Origin: Octopus vulgaris
Lineage: Eukaryota
Assembly (NCBI GenBank): GCA_951406725.2
Contig: OX597830.1
Coordinates: 20,646,001 to 20,710,000 of the forward strand
Reading direction: 5' to 3'
DNA: 64,000 bases
Under the pieces are notes generated by a model that saw only the letters and a list, made by a program, of their open reading frames with translations, was not told the DNA's origin and searched no databases. Shown piece after piece: positions 41,075 through 55,479 of the stretch; positions within the stretch are counted from its first letter, which is position 1, and each line of letters starts with the position of its first letter. Both the position numbers and the translations under genes were made by a program.

Positions 41075-41510
41075 CAGGTCAGTTTGAGCTTCCCTACTAC
41101 TATGATGTAAACTTTTTTGAACTCATAATATTCTGTGCGTGTATGTATATACAGATACAATACCAATATATTCCACTGAACATTTTAATAATTCCTTCTG
41201 GAAACTATCTTTAACATTTTCTTGAGAATGTGTATATATATATGTTGTAATGTTTTGTGCCCAATATTTTAATGAACTTGTTAAACTTTTTTATGTCCTT
41301 AACATGTTCTTGTTACCAAAGACTGTATATATGTATTGGAGCTTTTTGTGACAACTAATAATTAACACAACCAAACTTTTACATGTTACATTTGACAATC
41401 TTTTTCTAAAAAGTGAAACCGGTAAAGTAAATAAACATTTTTTTAAATTGCATTTTCAAACTTAATTTCATATATAATTCCACTCGTGCGGTACCTTACA
41501 ACTCCACTTC

Positions 41511-41567
<57 letters not shown>

Positions 41568-41677
41568 GTTATGTATATGTAACTAATTGTATATGCCTGT
41601 GTAGCAGTATGATGCTATGAATGTGTAAGTGCGCGTGTATTAATGTACTGTTTTATATGTACCTATTTCCATGTGTG

Positions 41678-41727
<50 letters not shown>

Positions 41728-41987
41728 GCTGTAAGTAGTAAAAGTGTGTCCTGCTTATACGCATATAGGTGTGTGTTCTAGATATATTTATGTGTGTGTG
41801 TGCATGTGCTTCTTTATTGCCCATATGAGGCTAAACACAGAGAGGACAAACAAGGACAGACAAAGGGATTAAGTCGATTATATCGACCCCAGTGCGTAAC
41901 TGGTACTTATTTAATCGACCCCAAAAAGATGAAAGGCGAAGTCGACCTCGGCGGAATTTGAACTCAGAACGTAGCGGTAGACGAAAT
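40706..41987. repeat. Inverted duplication (~310-bp arms, each SINE-A plus flanking sequence)
   Basis: 40706-41013 is the reverse complement of 41656-41987, including the non-SINE segment ATATCTAGAACACACACCTATATGCGTATAAGCAGGACACACTTTTACTACTTACAGCTA. Confidence 0.9.
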
Positions 41988-42102
41988 ACCGTTCAGCATT
42001 TCGCCCGTCGTGCTAACGTTTCTGCCAGCTCGCCGCCCGAATGTATTTTGTGTAACCGTCAAAACAATATTGTTCTATATTTTAAAGATGAAGAATTCTG
42101 TA

Positions 42103-42372
42103 TATTATTTACATTGGACGGGCATGTGTCCTCATTTTGTTTGGTGTTACCACAATGTTTCAGCTGATTTACTCTCCAGCCATCATCAGGTGTCCTGGTA
42201 CAATTTTGAACTCAACCCTGGGTTCTCATTCCTAAAGTTGTTGTTTTTTTTGTTGTTGATTTTTGGATAAATAATAATTCTAACAAGACACCTGATGAAG
42301 GCTGGAGAGTAAATCGGTTGAAACAATTGTGGTAACAACAAACAGGACGAGAACACATATCCATCCAATGTA

Positions 42373-42379
<7 letters not shown>
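42103..42379. mobile_element. Inverted pair of hammerhead-bearing pLTR-like segments
   Basis: Arms at 42103-42197 and 42284-42379. Each has ACAC-CTGATGA-N-GGCTG GAGAGTAAAT CRGYT-GAAAC..TT-GTG. Confidence 0.7.
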
Positions 42380-42423
<44 letters not shown>

Positions 42424-42424
<1 letters not shown>

Positions 42425-43420
42425 CCTTCTACAAAAAAGCACAAGGCCTGAAATTTTGGAGGAGGGGACTGGTCGATTACATTGACCCCAGTGTTTCACT
42501 GGTACTTAATTTATCGTCCCCGAAAGGATGAAAAGCGAAGTCGACATCGGCGGGTAAATAAAGTAAATAAGTTTTTCTACACTAGGCTCAAGGCATGGAA
42601 TTTTTTGGGGGGTGGGGGGCAGTCTACTACATCGACCTCAATATGCAATTAATAATCGAATAATGAAAAGCAAAGTTGAACTCGGCAAGTAAATAATGTA
42701 AATATTCTTCGCTAAAGCACAAGGCCTGAAAATTTGGCTGAGGGGACTGGTCGATTACATTGACCCTAGTACGTTTCACTGGTACTTAATTTATCGACCC
42801 TGAAAGGATGAAAAGCGAGATTCGACATCGGCGAGTAAATAATGTAAATATTCTTTTTGTACATCTAGGCACAAGGCCCGGAATTTAGGGTGGGGGCAGT
42901 CTATTACATCGACCTCAATATGCAATTGGTACTTAATTTATCGACCCCGAAAGGATGAAAAGCAAAGTCGACATCGGCGGGTAAATAAAGTAAATAAGTT
43001 TTTCTACACTAGGCTCAAGGCATGGAAATTTTTTGGTGGGGTGGGCAGTCGATTAGATAGACCTCAGTACGCAATTGGTACTTAATTTATCGACCCCGAA
43101 AGGATGAAAAGCAAAGTTGAACTCAGCAAGTAAATAATATAAATATTCTTTTTCTGCTCTAGGCACAAGGCCCGAAATTTTTTTGGTGGGGTGGGCAGTC
43201 GATTAGATAGACCCCAGTACGCAACTGGTACTTAATTTATCGAGTCCGAAAGGATGAAAAGCAAAGTTGAACTCGGCGAGTAAATAATGTAAATATTCTT
43301 TTCTGCTCTAGGTACAAGGACCGAAATTTTTAGATAGACCCAGTACGCAACTGGTACATAATTTATCGACCCCGTAAGGATGAAAGGCAAAGTCGACCTA
43401 GGCGGAATTTGAACTCAGAA
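42424..43420 (-). repeat. SINE-A-derived tandem array (~145-bp unit, about 7 copies)
   Basis: Units begin near 42436, 42582, 42714, 42865, 43009, 43159 and 43308. Each has AGGCWCAAGG...ACTGGTACTTAATTTATCGACCCCGAAAGGATGAAA.GC.AAGT. Confidence 0.9.
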
Positions 43421-43733
43421 TGTGAATAATGTCAAAACTATGTACGCCTGTCTGTACGTGTAATGCGTTCTATGTTGCTGCATGTATGTATAGTTGTCTC
43501 CGTGACTCTCTGTATTGTGTCGTTGTAAAATGTTGTGGTCTCCGTGACTCTCTGTATTGTGTCGTTGTAAAATGTTGTGTGTGGATGTGTGTGCTTATGG
43601 CTGGTTTATGTAGTTGCGTGTGTTCTAAATGTGTCTGTAACATGTGACTTGTATTAATATTTCTGTGACATGCCTAGCATATGTGCATGTGTATTTTTGC
43701 ATATAAGTGTGTTACTTGCATGAGTTTATGTGA

Positions 43734-43822
<89 letters not shown>

Positions 43823-45436
43823 CGTGTGTGTGTGTGTGTAAATCTACACCACCGCAATAATTACTAATAATATAATTAACAATACTTCCACCCCATCAAT
43901 AATATCATTACAACCACCACCACCATCACCACCACTACCATCGACAGAGCCATCACCTCAACAATAACTACCACCATCCCGACCACCACTACTACCATAC
44001 CTCCCACCACCACCACCACAACTACAACCACAAGCACAACAACAAATACCACTACCGCCACCGCAACCACCACATCCATCACGACCGCGACAACTATTAC
44101 CACCATCCACACTACAAATGTTACAACAACACAACCACTACCACCAGTACCACTACCACTACCGTAATATGCACCAATATTACCAACACCACCACTACAA
44201 CTACAACCACCAAACCACAAGCACAACATCCATTACTACCACCACTTCCACAACCACCACAACCGCCACAACCATTACCCCACCCACTTTACAAACGCCA
44301 CAACAACAAGCGCCGTCACAACCTCTGCAACAACAACTGCCAGTACCACAGACACTTCCACCACAACCACTAACCACTAGCATGACCATGTATCACCATC
44401 ACCACTACCTCTGTTATCAATACATCTCCACTCACCCCTACCACCACTATCCCTTCGACGCCACCACCATCAGCATCGCAATCACTTCAACCACGTCACC
44501 ACTTTAATTTCCATACCATCAGCACCACATCAATACGAACTCTTACTCGCCGTATCCCAGTCTGTTAATACATAAGAGCTAATTACTTCAACCGCCACCA
44601 TCGCCACAAACAATTACACCACCACCATCGCCACAAACAATTACACCGCCACACCATCTCAACTACCAGCGCCACAACATTTTAATGCTTTAGAAGTTAG
44701 ACCTATTGTTGGGTATAATTAGGGTGCAGTTTGCTCAAAAATGGCATCCGTTTTGCCCTATCAGCTCTAATTAATTAATGACCAGCTATTTCGATACTTC
44801 AATAACAACAACAATATTCAATGCAATTAATATATTACATGCTATAAAAAAATAAAAAGCAACAACATTTTACTAAATCAGTTTGTTTCATCAGAAACGT
44901 TTAAAATGCACTTCATTAGCATGTCCGGCAATTGTAAATTTAAAACTAAACATGTAACTCTTAAAATGGCCGATTGTTCAACAATACTTTAGAAGCTCCT
45001 TTTTAGAAGACATTTTAGAGGGAGATTAACCGAATGTGTATCCAATGGCTGGGAAATCCCAATGAAAGGAAAAGGTCAGATGTCTTTCTGAGTCAAGCAT
45101 TAAATATACGAAACTGTTTCGGACATCGGATATTTTACGTTCAGAGTTCAAATTCAGCCGAGGTCAGATTTGCTTTTCTTCCCTTCTGAATCAGTAAAAG
45201 GAAATATCAAGCAAGTTGCTGGAGTCGAGGGTCATGAATTACCCCACCCTTCAAAATTGCCGGCTATTTTCGTGCCTAATTACTTTGGCTTATAAATAGT
45301 CTTTTGTTGCTAGTCAGAAAATGGGACCTAGCTATGTCGTAGAAGAATTCTGCGACACAACAGATGTTGGTTTTCATTAATACCTAAACAAAGGCTGGGC
45401 ATTAGCAGAATCGGCAGAGCATTAGACAAAAACGCT

Positions 45437-45802
45437 TTGTCTACCAAATCCACTCACATGGCTTTGGTCGGCCCGAAGCTATAGTAGAAAACACTGGCCC
45501 AAAGTGCCACGCAGTGGGACTGAACCCGGAACCATGTGGTTCGTAAGCAAGCTACTTACCACACACCCAATATATATATTTCATTATTGCCCACAAGGGG
45601 CTAAACATAGAGGGGACAAACAAAGACAGACAAAGGGATTAAGTCGATGACATCGACCCCAGTGCGTAACTGATACTTTATTTATCGACCCCAAAAGGAT
45701 GAACGGCAAAGTCGACCTCGGCGGAATTTGAACTCAGAACGTAGCGGCAGAAGAAATACGGCTACGCATTTCGCCTGGCGTGCTAACCATTCTGCCAGCT
45801 CG
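45437..45802 (-). mobile_element. SINE-B head fragment (45437-45568) adjacent to SINE-A (45578-45802)
   Basis: Homology to other copies in the window. Confidence 0.85.
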
Positions 45803-46070
45803 CTGCATGTAAAGAAATAATAACACCAGACTTTATTTATTTAACAAAGTTCGATAAACTTCATCAAATAAATTAAATGAAGTAGACTGGATGTTAAAAT
45901 AGATTATACTTTTATACCATATTCCCAGACAAAAGGATCAAGATTTCCCTAAAGAAAACATCATAAAGGTCGAATTTGGGCTTAAATGAGATTTAAAGGA
46001 AAATAAAAATAAACAAAAAATCTATGGAAAAAATCCCTATTAAAGGACGAAGATAAATTCATCGTGATAA

Positions 46071-46121
<51 letters not shown>

Positions 46122-46565
46122 GGGTAAAATTAATTAACCAATTTATAATTAATAATCTTACCAAGTAGTTCGGTTTATTAAAAGAACCATTATCGGCAAA
46201 CTTATACAAAAATTATTATAACTATAAACATAATTATAATTAAGGTTTAGCAAAATTGCTTCACCACATACCGAAATTTAGAAATAGCAGTTGAATACTA
46301 TTCTACTACCGTAAGGTATTTCCCAAGTAACTTCTAAACTGGAGTAAAACAGCATGTTCTTTATCTATTTCCTTAAGTTCTTGGAGATTTTACGTATAAT
46401 TGTACTAATGTATCCATCTGTTCTAATTTAATTAAATTCTATGTCTTTGTGCAGCTGAAGATTGCTCTGTATTTTAAATTGATGTAATGATTGCATTGTT
46501 CAGTTAAATGGAGTTGCATGAAACGATCATACTGCATTACCCCTGGATATTCTTGTTGCTTATTT

Positions 46566-46603
<38 letters not shown>

Positions 46604-47068
46604 CAAAACAAATGTATAATAACTGAAAGGCTCAGATTTCCAGTTCTTAGATTTGCTCGTTTCTGATCATCAACCGGTAAACCGACCCTGGTTTTCTATT
46701 GAATATCCAATGGTGGCCGACTCGTTAGCGCACCGGGCAAAATGCTTTGCGGCCCGTCTTTACGATTTCAGTTGAAATTCCGGCAATAAAATAAGTTCCA
46801 TTTCAACACTGGCATTGATCTCACCGACTAGCCTCCCCGCTCCGCCAAAATTTCAAGCCTTGTGCCTGCTAGCACGCCGGCCAAAATGCTTAGCAGCCTT
46901 TCGTTTGTCTTTACGTTCTGAGTTCAAGTACCGCTGAGGTCGACTTTGCCTTTCATCTAGTTTGCATCGATGAAAAAATAAGTGCCAATTGATCACCGGG
47001 GATAGATGCAATTGACTTATCCACACCTCCTGACTTGATGGTCGTGTGCAAAAATTTGATGTCGTTAA

Positions 47069-47212
<144 letters not shown>

Positions 47213-47235
47213 CATCATTATTATTATTATTATCA

Positions 47236-47328
<93 letters not shown>

Positions 47329-47348
47329 CATTATCATTATTATTATTA

Positions 47349-47391
<43 letters not shown>

Positions 47392-47464
47392 CATTATTAT
47401 TATTATTATCATATTATTATTATTATCATTATCATATTTCGTTATTATTTTATTATTATTATTA

Positions 47465-47534
<70 letters not shown>

Positions 47535-47639
47535 CATTATTATTATTATTATTATTGTTATTATTATTATTATTATCATTATCATCATCATCAAGATCAT
47601 TTTTGTCATCATTTTCATTCGCATCGTCTTTCAATTTTA

Positions 47640-48467
47640 TTTCCATTTTCAATTTCTTGCCGAGTGTCTTCCTGACAACTAGGGTAGAGAAACGTACTGT
47701 ATACATTGGTACGTCATTAAAACACACACACTAGATTGTTCATTTACAGTCATGTGACAGAGAAAATGGGGAAGACAGAGAAAAAGGAAAAAATAAAAAA
47801 TAGAAAAGTAAACAAATAAAATAAAGTGGGGAAAAGTAAATAAAAAATTTACAGCGACAGTGTTCTCAATACGTGTGACGTACCAGCTAAGATAATCTTT
47901 TGCACTTCCTGCATGGATACTAAGCCAGGCATCATTCTTGAATAATTTTCAGTTCCTTTTTTTATCATTCCAAGTGCTCCTACAATCATTGGTATTGTGA
48001 CTGTCTTGAGATGTCACATCTTTTCGATCTCGATTAGCAGATTTTTATATTCTCTGGTCTTATCAAATTCTTTTGCCGAGATATTATGGTCACACGGTAT
48101 GCTCATACCAATCAGTAAACAGACTTTATTGTTTTGGTCTTTTACAACAATATCTGGTTTATTTGCCTTGATGGTCCGATCTGTACATACTGGGAAGTCC
48201 CGAAGAATAATTACAGTTTTTCCCAGTTACAGCCTCGGGGTGGTACTTGCACCATTTGTCAGCAGTTTTGATTTTATAATGCCGACACAATACCAAATGT
48301 AAATATTGTCCAACTCTGTCATGTCTTGATTTGTACTCTACAAGTGCCAAAACCTTAGAGATTAGGTTGTCGACTGTTTCTATCCCATCGTTGCAGTATC
48401 GGCACATTGGGTCTACACCATTTTTTATCACATTGGTTTGACAGTTCCAGGTCAATAATCTCTGATC
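47640..48467 (-). mobile_element. 5'-truncated RLE-type (R4/Dong-like) non-LTR retrotransposon
   Basis: CRYC..ETVDNL zinc knuckle, RHD motif, then after frameshifts NKPDIVVKD...SIPCD.N..KE..K...YK.L..EIEKMW.LK...PMIVGALG. The 3' UTR runs into a long (AAT)n array. Confidence 0.88.
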
Positions 48468-48538
<71 letters not shown>

Positions 48539-48878
48539 TTTTCAGGAGAGCTGGCAGAATCGTTAGCACGCTGGACGGAATGCTTAGCGGTATTTCGTCC
48601 GTATTCACTTTCTGAGTTCTTTGCCTTTCGTCCTTTCAGGGTCGATAAAATAAATACCAGTTATTTAAAGGCAAAAGCAAAAACAAACAAAAAAAATGCT
48701 GGCTCTTTGTCAAAATTTGAAACCATCATTCTCATCATCATCATCATCATCATAATCATAATCATCATCATCGTCATCGTCGTCATCATCATCATCATCA
48801 TCACCGTCCTCCTCATCATCATAATCATCATCGTCATCGTCATCATCGTCATCATCATCATCATCATCATCATCATCG

Positions 48879-48934
<56 letters not shown>

Positions 48935-48944
48935 GTCATCGTCG

Positions 48945-48988
<44 letters not shown>

Positions 48989-49432
48989 GTCGTCGTCGTC
49001 ATCGTCATCATCACCGTCCTCATCATCATTATAATCATCCTCATCGTCATCATCATCATCAATATCGTCATCATCATCATCATCATCGTCATCATCATCA
49101 TCATCATTTGCCGTTACTATTGATTATTCCTCTTATCTTAATGCAATTAGTTTTATTGTTATTGCCGTTTATAAACCGCCTTGGAAATAATGTCTTGTCT
49201 TATCTTGATGTAATTATGTAAAGATATTTCTAGGTAAGTGTACAGACACCGTTATCTCTCTTTCCTACACGTTGTTCCGTGATTTATAGATATACATATT
49301 AGCAGAAGCACCGCCTCTCGGGCGGTTTGCTGATAGTCGCTAAATAATATTTACACATTTGATTCCCGGTTTGCGTAATTTTTTTCTATGTTATGTCTAA
49401 TATCCTTTACTATCCCTTTTCTTCGCCTAACT

Positions 49433-49693
49433 CTGTGGTTCTCGACCAGGGTCCATATAAGATTTTTGGGTGGGATGGTCCACGCAACAAAAGACTAAAG
49501 TGGAGATCAACTATAGTTGATATAGGCGCAGGAGTGGCTGTGTGGTAAGTAGCTTGCTTACCAACCACATGGTTCTGGGTTCAGTCCCACTGCGTGGCAT
49601 CTTGGGTAAGTGTCTTCTGCTATAGCCCCGGGGCGACCAATGCCTTGTGAGTGGATTTGGTAGACGGAAACTGAAAGAAGCCCCTCGTATATA

Positions 49694-49760
<67 letters not shown>

Positions 49761-50239
49761 TTGTGTGTCTGTGTTTGTCCCCCTAGCCTTGCTTGACAAC
49801 CGATGCTGGTGTGTTTACGTCCCCGTCACTTAGCGGTTCGGCAAAAAGAGACCGATAGAATAAGTACTGGGCTTACAAAGAATAAGTCCTGGGGTCGATT
49901 TGCTCGACTAAAGGCGGTGCTCCAGCATGGCCACAGTCAAATGACTGAAACAAGTAAAAGAGAGAGAAAAGAGAGTATAGTGCTTTAAAGGACCCTGAAA
50001 AGGTTTTGTTTTAGATGTATGCATTGGTATGTATTGTATGAAACAGCTGGGTTTCTTTCTCTTACATTTTACATAGTCCAACCTAAACAAGTTAATGTAG
50101 GGAAAACAAAATAGGAATTTCGAAAGAGGCTTCTATAAAATTAGTTTTTAAACATCGAATGGCCATGGGGGGTGGTCCACCGGAATAAAATAATAGTCAA
50201 AGGGGTCCATAAATTAAAAGAAATAGTTGAGAACCCCTG
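49433..50239. mobile_element. hAT-like MITE interrupted by SINE-B
   Basis: TIR-like CTGTGGTTCTCGACC and GTTGAGAACCCCTG with internal GGGTCCA motifs at both ends. No clean TSD. Confidence 0.55.
49525..49975 (+). mobile_element. Full-length SINE group B
   Basis: GGCGCAGGAGTGGCTGTGTGG...GACTGAAACAAGTAAAAGAG. Confidence 0.9.
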
Positions 50240-50304
50240 ATTTAGATGTATGAATTGATATACATTAGAAGAAACATCTAGGTTCCTTTCGCTTACATTT
50301 TACA

Positions 50305-50710
50305 TCATCGTGATCACCGTGACCGACCAGGCTATCAGATGTTGCTACATATCGCTGGTCACAATGCGCTTCGCATTGTTTTAGCCTTCAAATGACGCCA
50401 CCCCGCTGGCTAAGCGAGCAGACCAACAGACAGAAGAAAGAGTGAGAGACAGTTGTGGCGAAAGAGTACAGCAGGGATCGCCACCACCCCCTGCTCATGT
50501 TTATGAGTGAAACACCTAAGCTCCACGCGGCTCCGACAGAAGGTAATGGCGAACTTCTGCTGACTCTTACGCCACAACTTTCCCTCATTCTTTCCTCCTG
50601 CATCTTGCAGCTCACCTGCGACGGACCGGTGTCCCGTCCAGGTGGGGAACCTATACGCCAAGGAAACCAAGAAACCGGCCCTAATGAGCCAGGCATGGCT
50701 TGAGAAGGAA
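50305..50710. mobile_element. Two oppositely oriented headless SINE-C fragments
   Basis: The shared central domain forms inverted arms (~50430-50492 and ~50535-50600). The two tails differ. Confidence 0.7.
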
Positions 50711-50749
50711 CAAACATGTATACATACATGCACACTCTCTGTTTGGCAT

Positions 50750-50930
50750 TCGCCATGATAGATCGCTAGTCACTACACATTCTTTATTTTCTCTCCTTGT
50801 TTCTTTCTGTGGAAGAGATTAGGGTCGAAACGTTAAAGACTTTTTCACTTCTCGAGCGTTATACTAGTACATCTGTTTGTTGTCTACACCACCTGTCTTC
50901 GTATTTTGTTTTTTCGTGAATTCTCCCTAT
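50750..50930 (+). mobile_element. Short hammerhead-bearing element, family H1
   Basis: Motif 50803-50838 reads CTTT-CTGTGGA-A-GAGA TTAG GGTC-GAAACGTT-AAAG. Ends in (TA)n. Confidence 0.6.
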
Positions 50931-50956
50931 ATATATATATATGTACTTTAAATAAA

Positions 50957-51076
<120 letters not shown>

Positions 51077-52077
51077 TGTGCATGTATGTACTGTGTTACT
51101 ATGGGCTTCTTTCAGCTTTTGCCTACCAAATCCACTCACAAGGCTTTAGTCGGGCCGAAGCTATACAGAAGAAACTTGCCCAAGCTGTCACACAGTGGAA
51201 CTGAACCCGGGACCATGCGGTGTGGAAGCAAGCCTCAAACTACACAGCCACTCCTATTGAAATGTATTATAGCTTATTATTTGCTTTGCATTAGTTTTCT
51301 TTCGATATACATATTTGTACATTTTAGTATTAATAACCAATATAAACACACGACTACAGATGTACAGAGATCGGAAATGATTTTTGTTTTTTTTATTCAC
51401 GTTCATTGTATGAACTACGATAACATTACCATTGGTCTCAGCGAAGGAATCAACTGTCGGAAATGCATAACAGATTTCATGTTATAGCCCTTATCTTGTA
51501 CAGTAATAGTTTCCTATAATGGTTGTTTCTAAAAAAAGAAAAATTATAAAAAGCACTGTGTACAACAGTTAGTTATGCTTTATGTTTAGTACAATTGACG
51601 TAAATGAAAATAGAAAACACACAACAAATATGAAAGGACATTGGAATCTGCGTAATATAACTGTCGCTGGATTAGACTTACGCTTTGAAGAAGAGTTTTA
51701 CCGGTATGTCATTTGAAAGTTACGTCATAGAGTGTAACAGGGAGAGAGAGAGAGAGAGAGAATGAGAGAATGTGAGAGAGAAAAGACAGAGAGAGAGAGA
51801 GAGAAAACAGAGATAATGTTAACAGTCTCTCGCAATATTCAAAAATGTTGTTTAACAATGATTTACAATTAGTTTTTCTGTAGTTGAAATCTTCAATAAT
51901 AAAAGAACACTGAAAACCACTTTTCGATAAAAATGATATTAGAATTAAAATTTCTAAGAACTTTCTTGACAATGTAGACTTTAATGATTAATTGCTTTCT
52001 TTTAATAAAAGTTACATATTCCAAACTAATTAATCAGCAGCTTTCTCTATTATAGTATAGATATACTCTGAATACAC

Positions 52078-52305
52078 GGCGAGCTGGTAGAAACGTTAGC
52101 GCGCCGGACGAAATGCTTAGCGGTATTTCGTCCGTTTTTACGTTCTGAGTTCAAATTCCGCCGAGGTCGACTTTGCCTTTCATCCTTTCGAAGTCGATTA
52201 AATTAAGTACCAGTTTCGCACTGGAGTTGATGTAATCGACTTAATTCCTTTGTCTGTCCTTGTTTGTCCCCTCTATGTTTAGCCCCTTGTGGGTAGTAAA
52301 GAAAT
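52078..52305 (+). mobile_element. Full-length SINE group A with 17-bp TSD
   Basis: TSD ATATACTCTGAATACAC at 52061-52077 and 52306-52322. Confidence 0.93.
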
Positions 52306-52748
52306 ATATACTCTGAATACACCTTGATCGTATTGGCGGATCTATGTCGTAGGAAGTCTGATCCCCAACCACATGGTTCCGGACTCAGCTTCATTACGTG
52401 GTAGCTTGGGTAAGTGTCCTCTATAGCCTTGAGCTGACCAAAGCCGCACGACTAGATTTAGTTGACGGAAATTGAAAGAAGCCCGCAGTACATGTGTGTG
52501 TTGTGTGTGTGTGTCTGTGCTTGTCCCCTACACCGCTTAACAACCGGTGTTGGTATGTTTACGTCGCAATCAGTTAGTAATTTGGCAAAAGACCGATAGA
52601 AGAAGTACCTCGCTTCAAAACATAAAGCAGTAGGGTCGATTCGGTCAACTAAAAAAAATTCTAGAAGGTGGCGCCACAGTCTGATGATTGAAACAAGTTA
52701 TAGATAACCCATAAAACATAAAAAAACACACATACATACATACATACA

Positions 52749-52780
<32 letters not shown>

Positions 52781-53020
52781 CACACACAAGCACGCACACG
52801 CACAGACACACACATATATACATACATACATACATACATACATACATACATACATACATACATACATGCACACACAGATGAGTGAGTGGACAAACAAAAG
52901 AAAAAGGCAGAGGCCCGCGAAACTTTAAGTCCCATGGAGCTTAATCAGTTTTAAATAATAATATAATAATAATAACAATAATAACTATTATTGTTATTAT
53001 TAAAATCATCATCAACATTA

Positions 53021-53180
<160 letters not shown>

Positions 53181-53351
53181 GGGAGGCGTTTTGACTAAGT
53201 CGTCAAAATGTCGGATAGAACGCCTGCCGCTCTCAGTTCAAATATAATCAAGGGCAACTTTACCTTTCATTCTTTTGTTGTAGATTCCGGTACCATGCAT
53301 TCCAGAGTTCAAATCCCGCCACGTAACCGAGAAACATTCATATCTTTATTA

Positions 53352-53453
<102 letters not shown>

Positions 53454-53528
53454 GATGATGATGATGATGATGATGAAGGCGATGATGATGATAATAATAA
53501 TAATAATATTAATAATAATGATAACAAT

Positions 53529-53608
<80 letters not shown>

Positions 53609-53610
53609 TA

Positions 53611-53739
53611 AAATGATTTCTAACTGATGTAACAATACCAACAGATGACAACGTTCCTCTAAAAGAAATGGAGAAACTTTCAAAATACAAAAACCTGGAA
53701 ATAGAGGTAACTCGAATGTGGAGCCTAAAAACAGAAACA
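53611..53739 (+). mobile_element. RLE endonuclease-domain fragment (R4/Dong-like)
   Basis: FLTDVTIPTDDNVPLKEMEKLSKYKNLEIEVTRMWSLKTET, lying between two (AAT)n arrays. Confidence 0.8.
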
Positions 53740-53758
53740 CGTTATAAAAATAAGACTA

Positions 53759-53857
<99 letters not shown>

Positions 53858-54471
53858 AAGAAGAAGAAAAGAAGAAGAAGAAAAAGAAGAAGAAGAAGAA
53901 GAAAAAAAGAAGAAATAATAATAAAAGAAGAAGAAGAAGAAGAAGAAGAAGAAGAAGAAGAAGAAGAAGAAGAAGAAGAAGAAGAAGAAGAAGAAGATGG
54001 AAGAAGAAGAAGAAGAAATAGTTCATTAAATGGATATTTTGATGTACATATTTAAGGATTAAGGAAGACCCTGGAATATAAAATGCTTCTGGAAACTCGT
54101 GTAAACATTTTGGTTTCTATGACTGAGAGACTCCTGAAGATTACTGTTCAATTTGAATTTGAAAATGTCTTCTCAAATTCAAGATGGAGATTACAGATTC
54201 TGTTGCCAGCTGTAAGCGATCTTCAACCTGTTTGAAATCGATCAGATCATATTTGAGAGCTTCAATGTGCCAACGAGGACTTATTGGTTTTCACCTTCCT
54301 TAGCGTCGAACGTGAGGAAACTGAAAACAGATATTTTTGAGGATTTTGATATTATTGAAGTGTTGTGCTTTGTCGAGTTATGAAAGGAACGCTTTTAAAA
54401 TGAATTTCACCATTATCCATACAAATACTATCTATGCACTTGTACATATATATATATATACATACAAAGAT

Positions 54472-54518
<47 letters not shown>

Positions 54519-55050
54519 TACATATATATAGATATATGTATATATATATATGTGTGTATGTATATATATATACATATATATAGATATATGTATATCTATA
54601 TGCATACATACATACATATACATATATACATGTCTATATATCCATACATGTATCTATAAATATATATACATGCAAACGTGTATTTATATATACGCATGTA
54701 CACGCACATACACCTATGCGCACACACGCGTACACACATCGTATAAGTATATATATATATATGTGTGTGTGTGTGTATGTATGTATTATATCAACAGTCA
54801 TGTACACGTCTGTATGTAAACATACGCAAATAAATAACGTATATCGCCATATCACTATAAGTGTGTACGTACAAAGAGAAATAGTGAGAGATAGATCCAT
54901 ATACCCGTATGTGTGTGTGTGTGTGTGTGCAGAGAAAGAGAGAAATGGTTCGCAAATAGATTTATATGCCAATGTATGTGAGTCCATAGAAATGGTTAGT
55001 TAGGAAGCATCAGAACAGTGACAAACAAGAAAACCAACACGCATGCACAC

Positions 55051-55091
<41 letters not shown>

Positions 55092-55368
55092 CGCACATAC
55101 ACACATGCACATCGTACAGGTGCAATGTCACTGATTGGAGACAATATTGGCAAGATAGATGCCTGAGGCTGGCCTCTTCATCTAACACCATGGCAGGAAT
55201 AACTAATTAGGTCAGTGAATAAAATCTCATCGTTCCGTTGACAAATTACTCAGATGGCCGCCATCTTTGTTAGTGGAATAATATACGACATCCTGCTATT
55301 TCTGTCAATAGAGGGCGGAAGGTGAATACAGAAACAATCTTAAAATTGAAGGTTTCTGTCTTGTGTAA

Positions 55369-55428
<60 letters not shown>

Positions 55429-55447
55429 TGGTGGGTGAGTATGTATC

Positions 55448-55479
<32 letters not shown>

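Noticed and set aside
42424-43420. CRISPR-like appearance
   Set aside because: Eukaryotic context, units homologous along their full length with no unique spacers, SINE-derived, no cas genes.
43496-43579. 42-bp perfect tandem duplication
   Set aside because: Ordinary slippage duplication with no further signal.
46238-46270. Very decayed hammerhead-like motif (GTGGTGA-A-GCAA TT TTGC-TAAAC)
   Set aside because: Three core mismatches and a poor stem I, so it was not counted.
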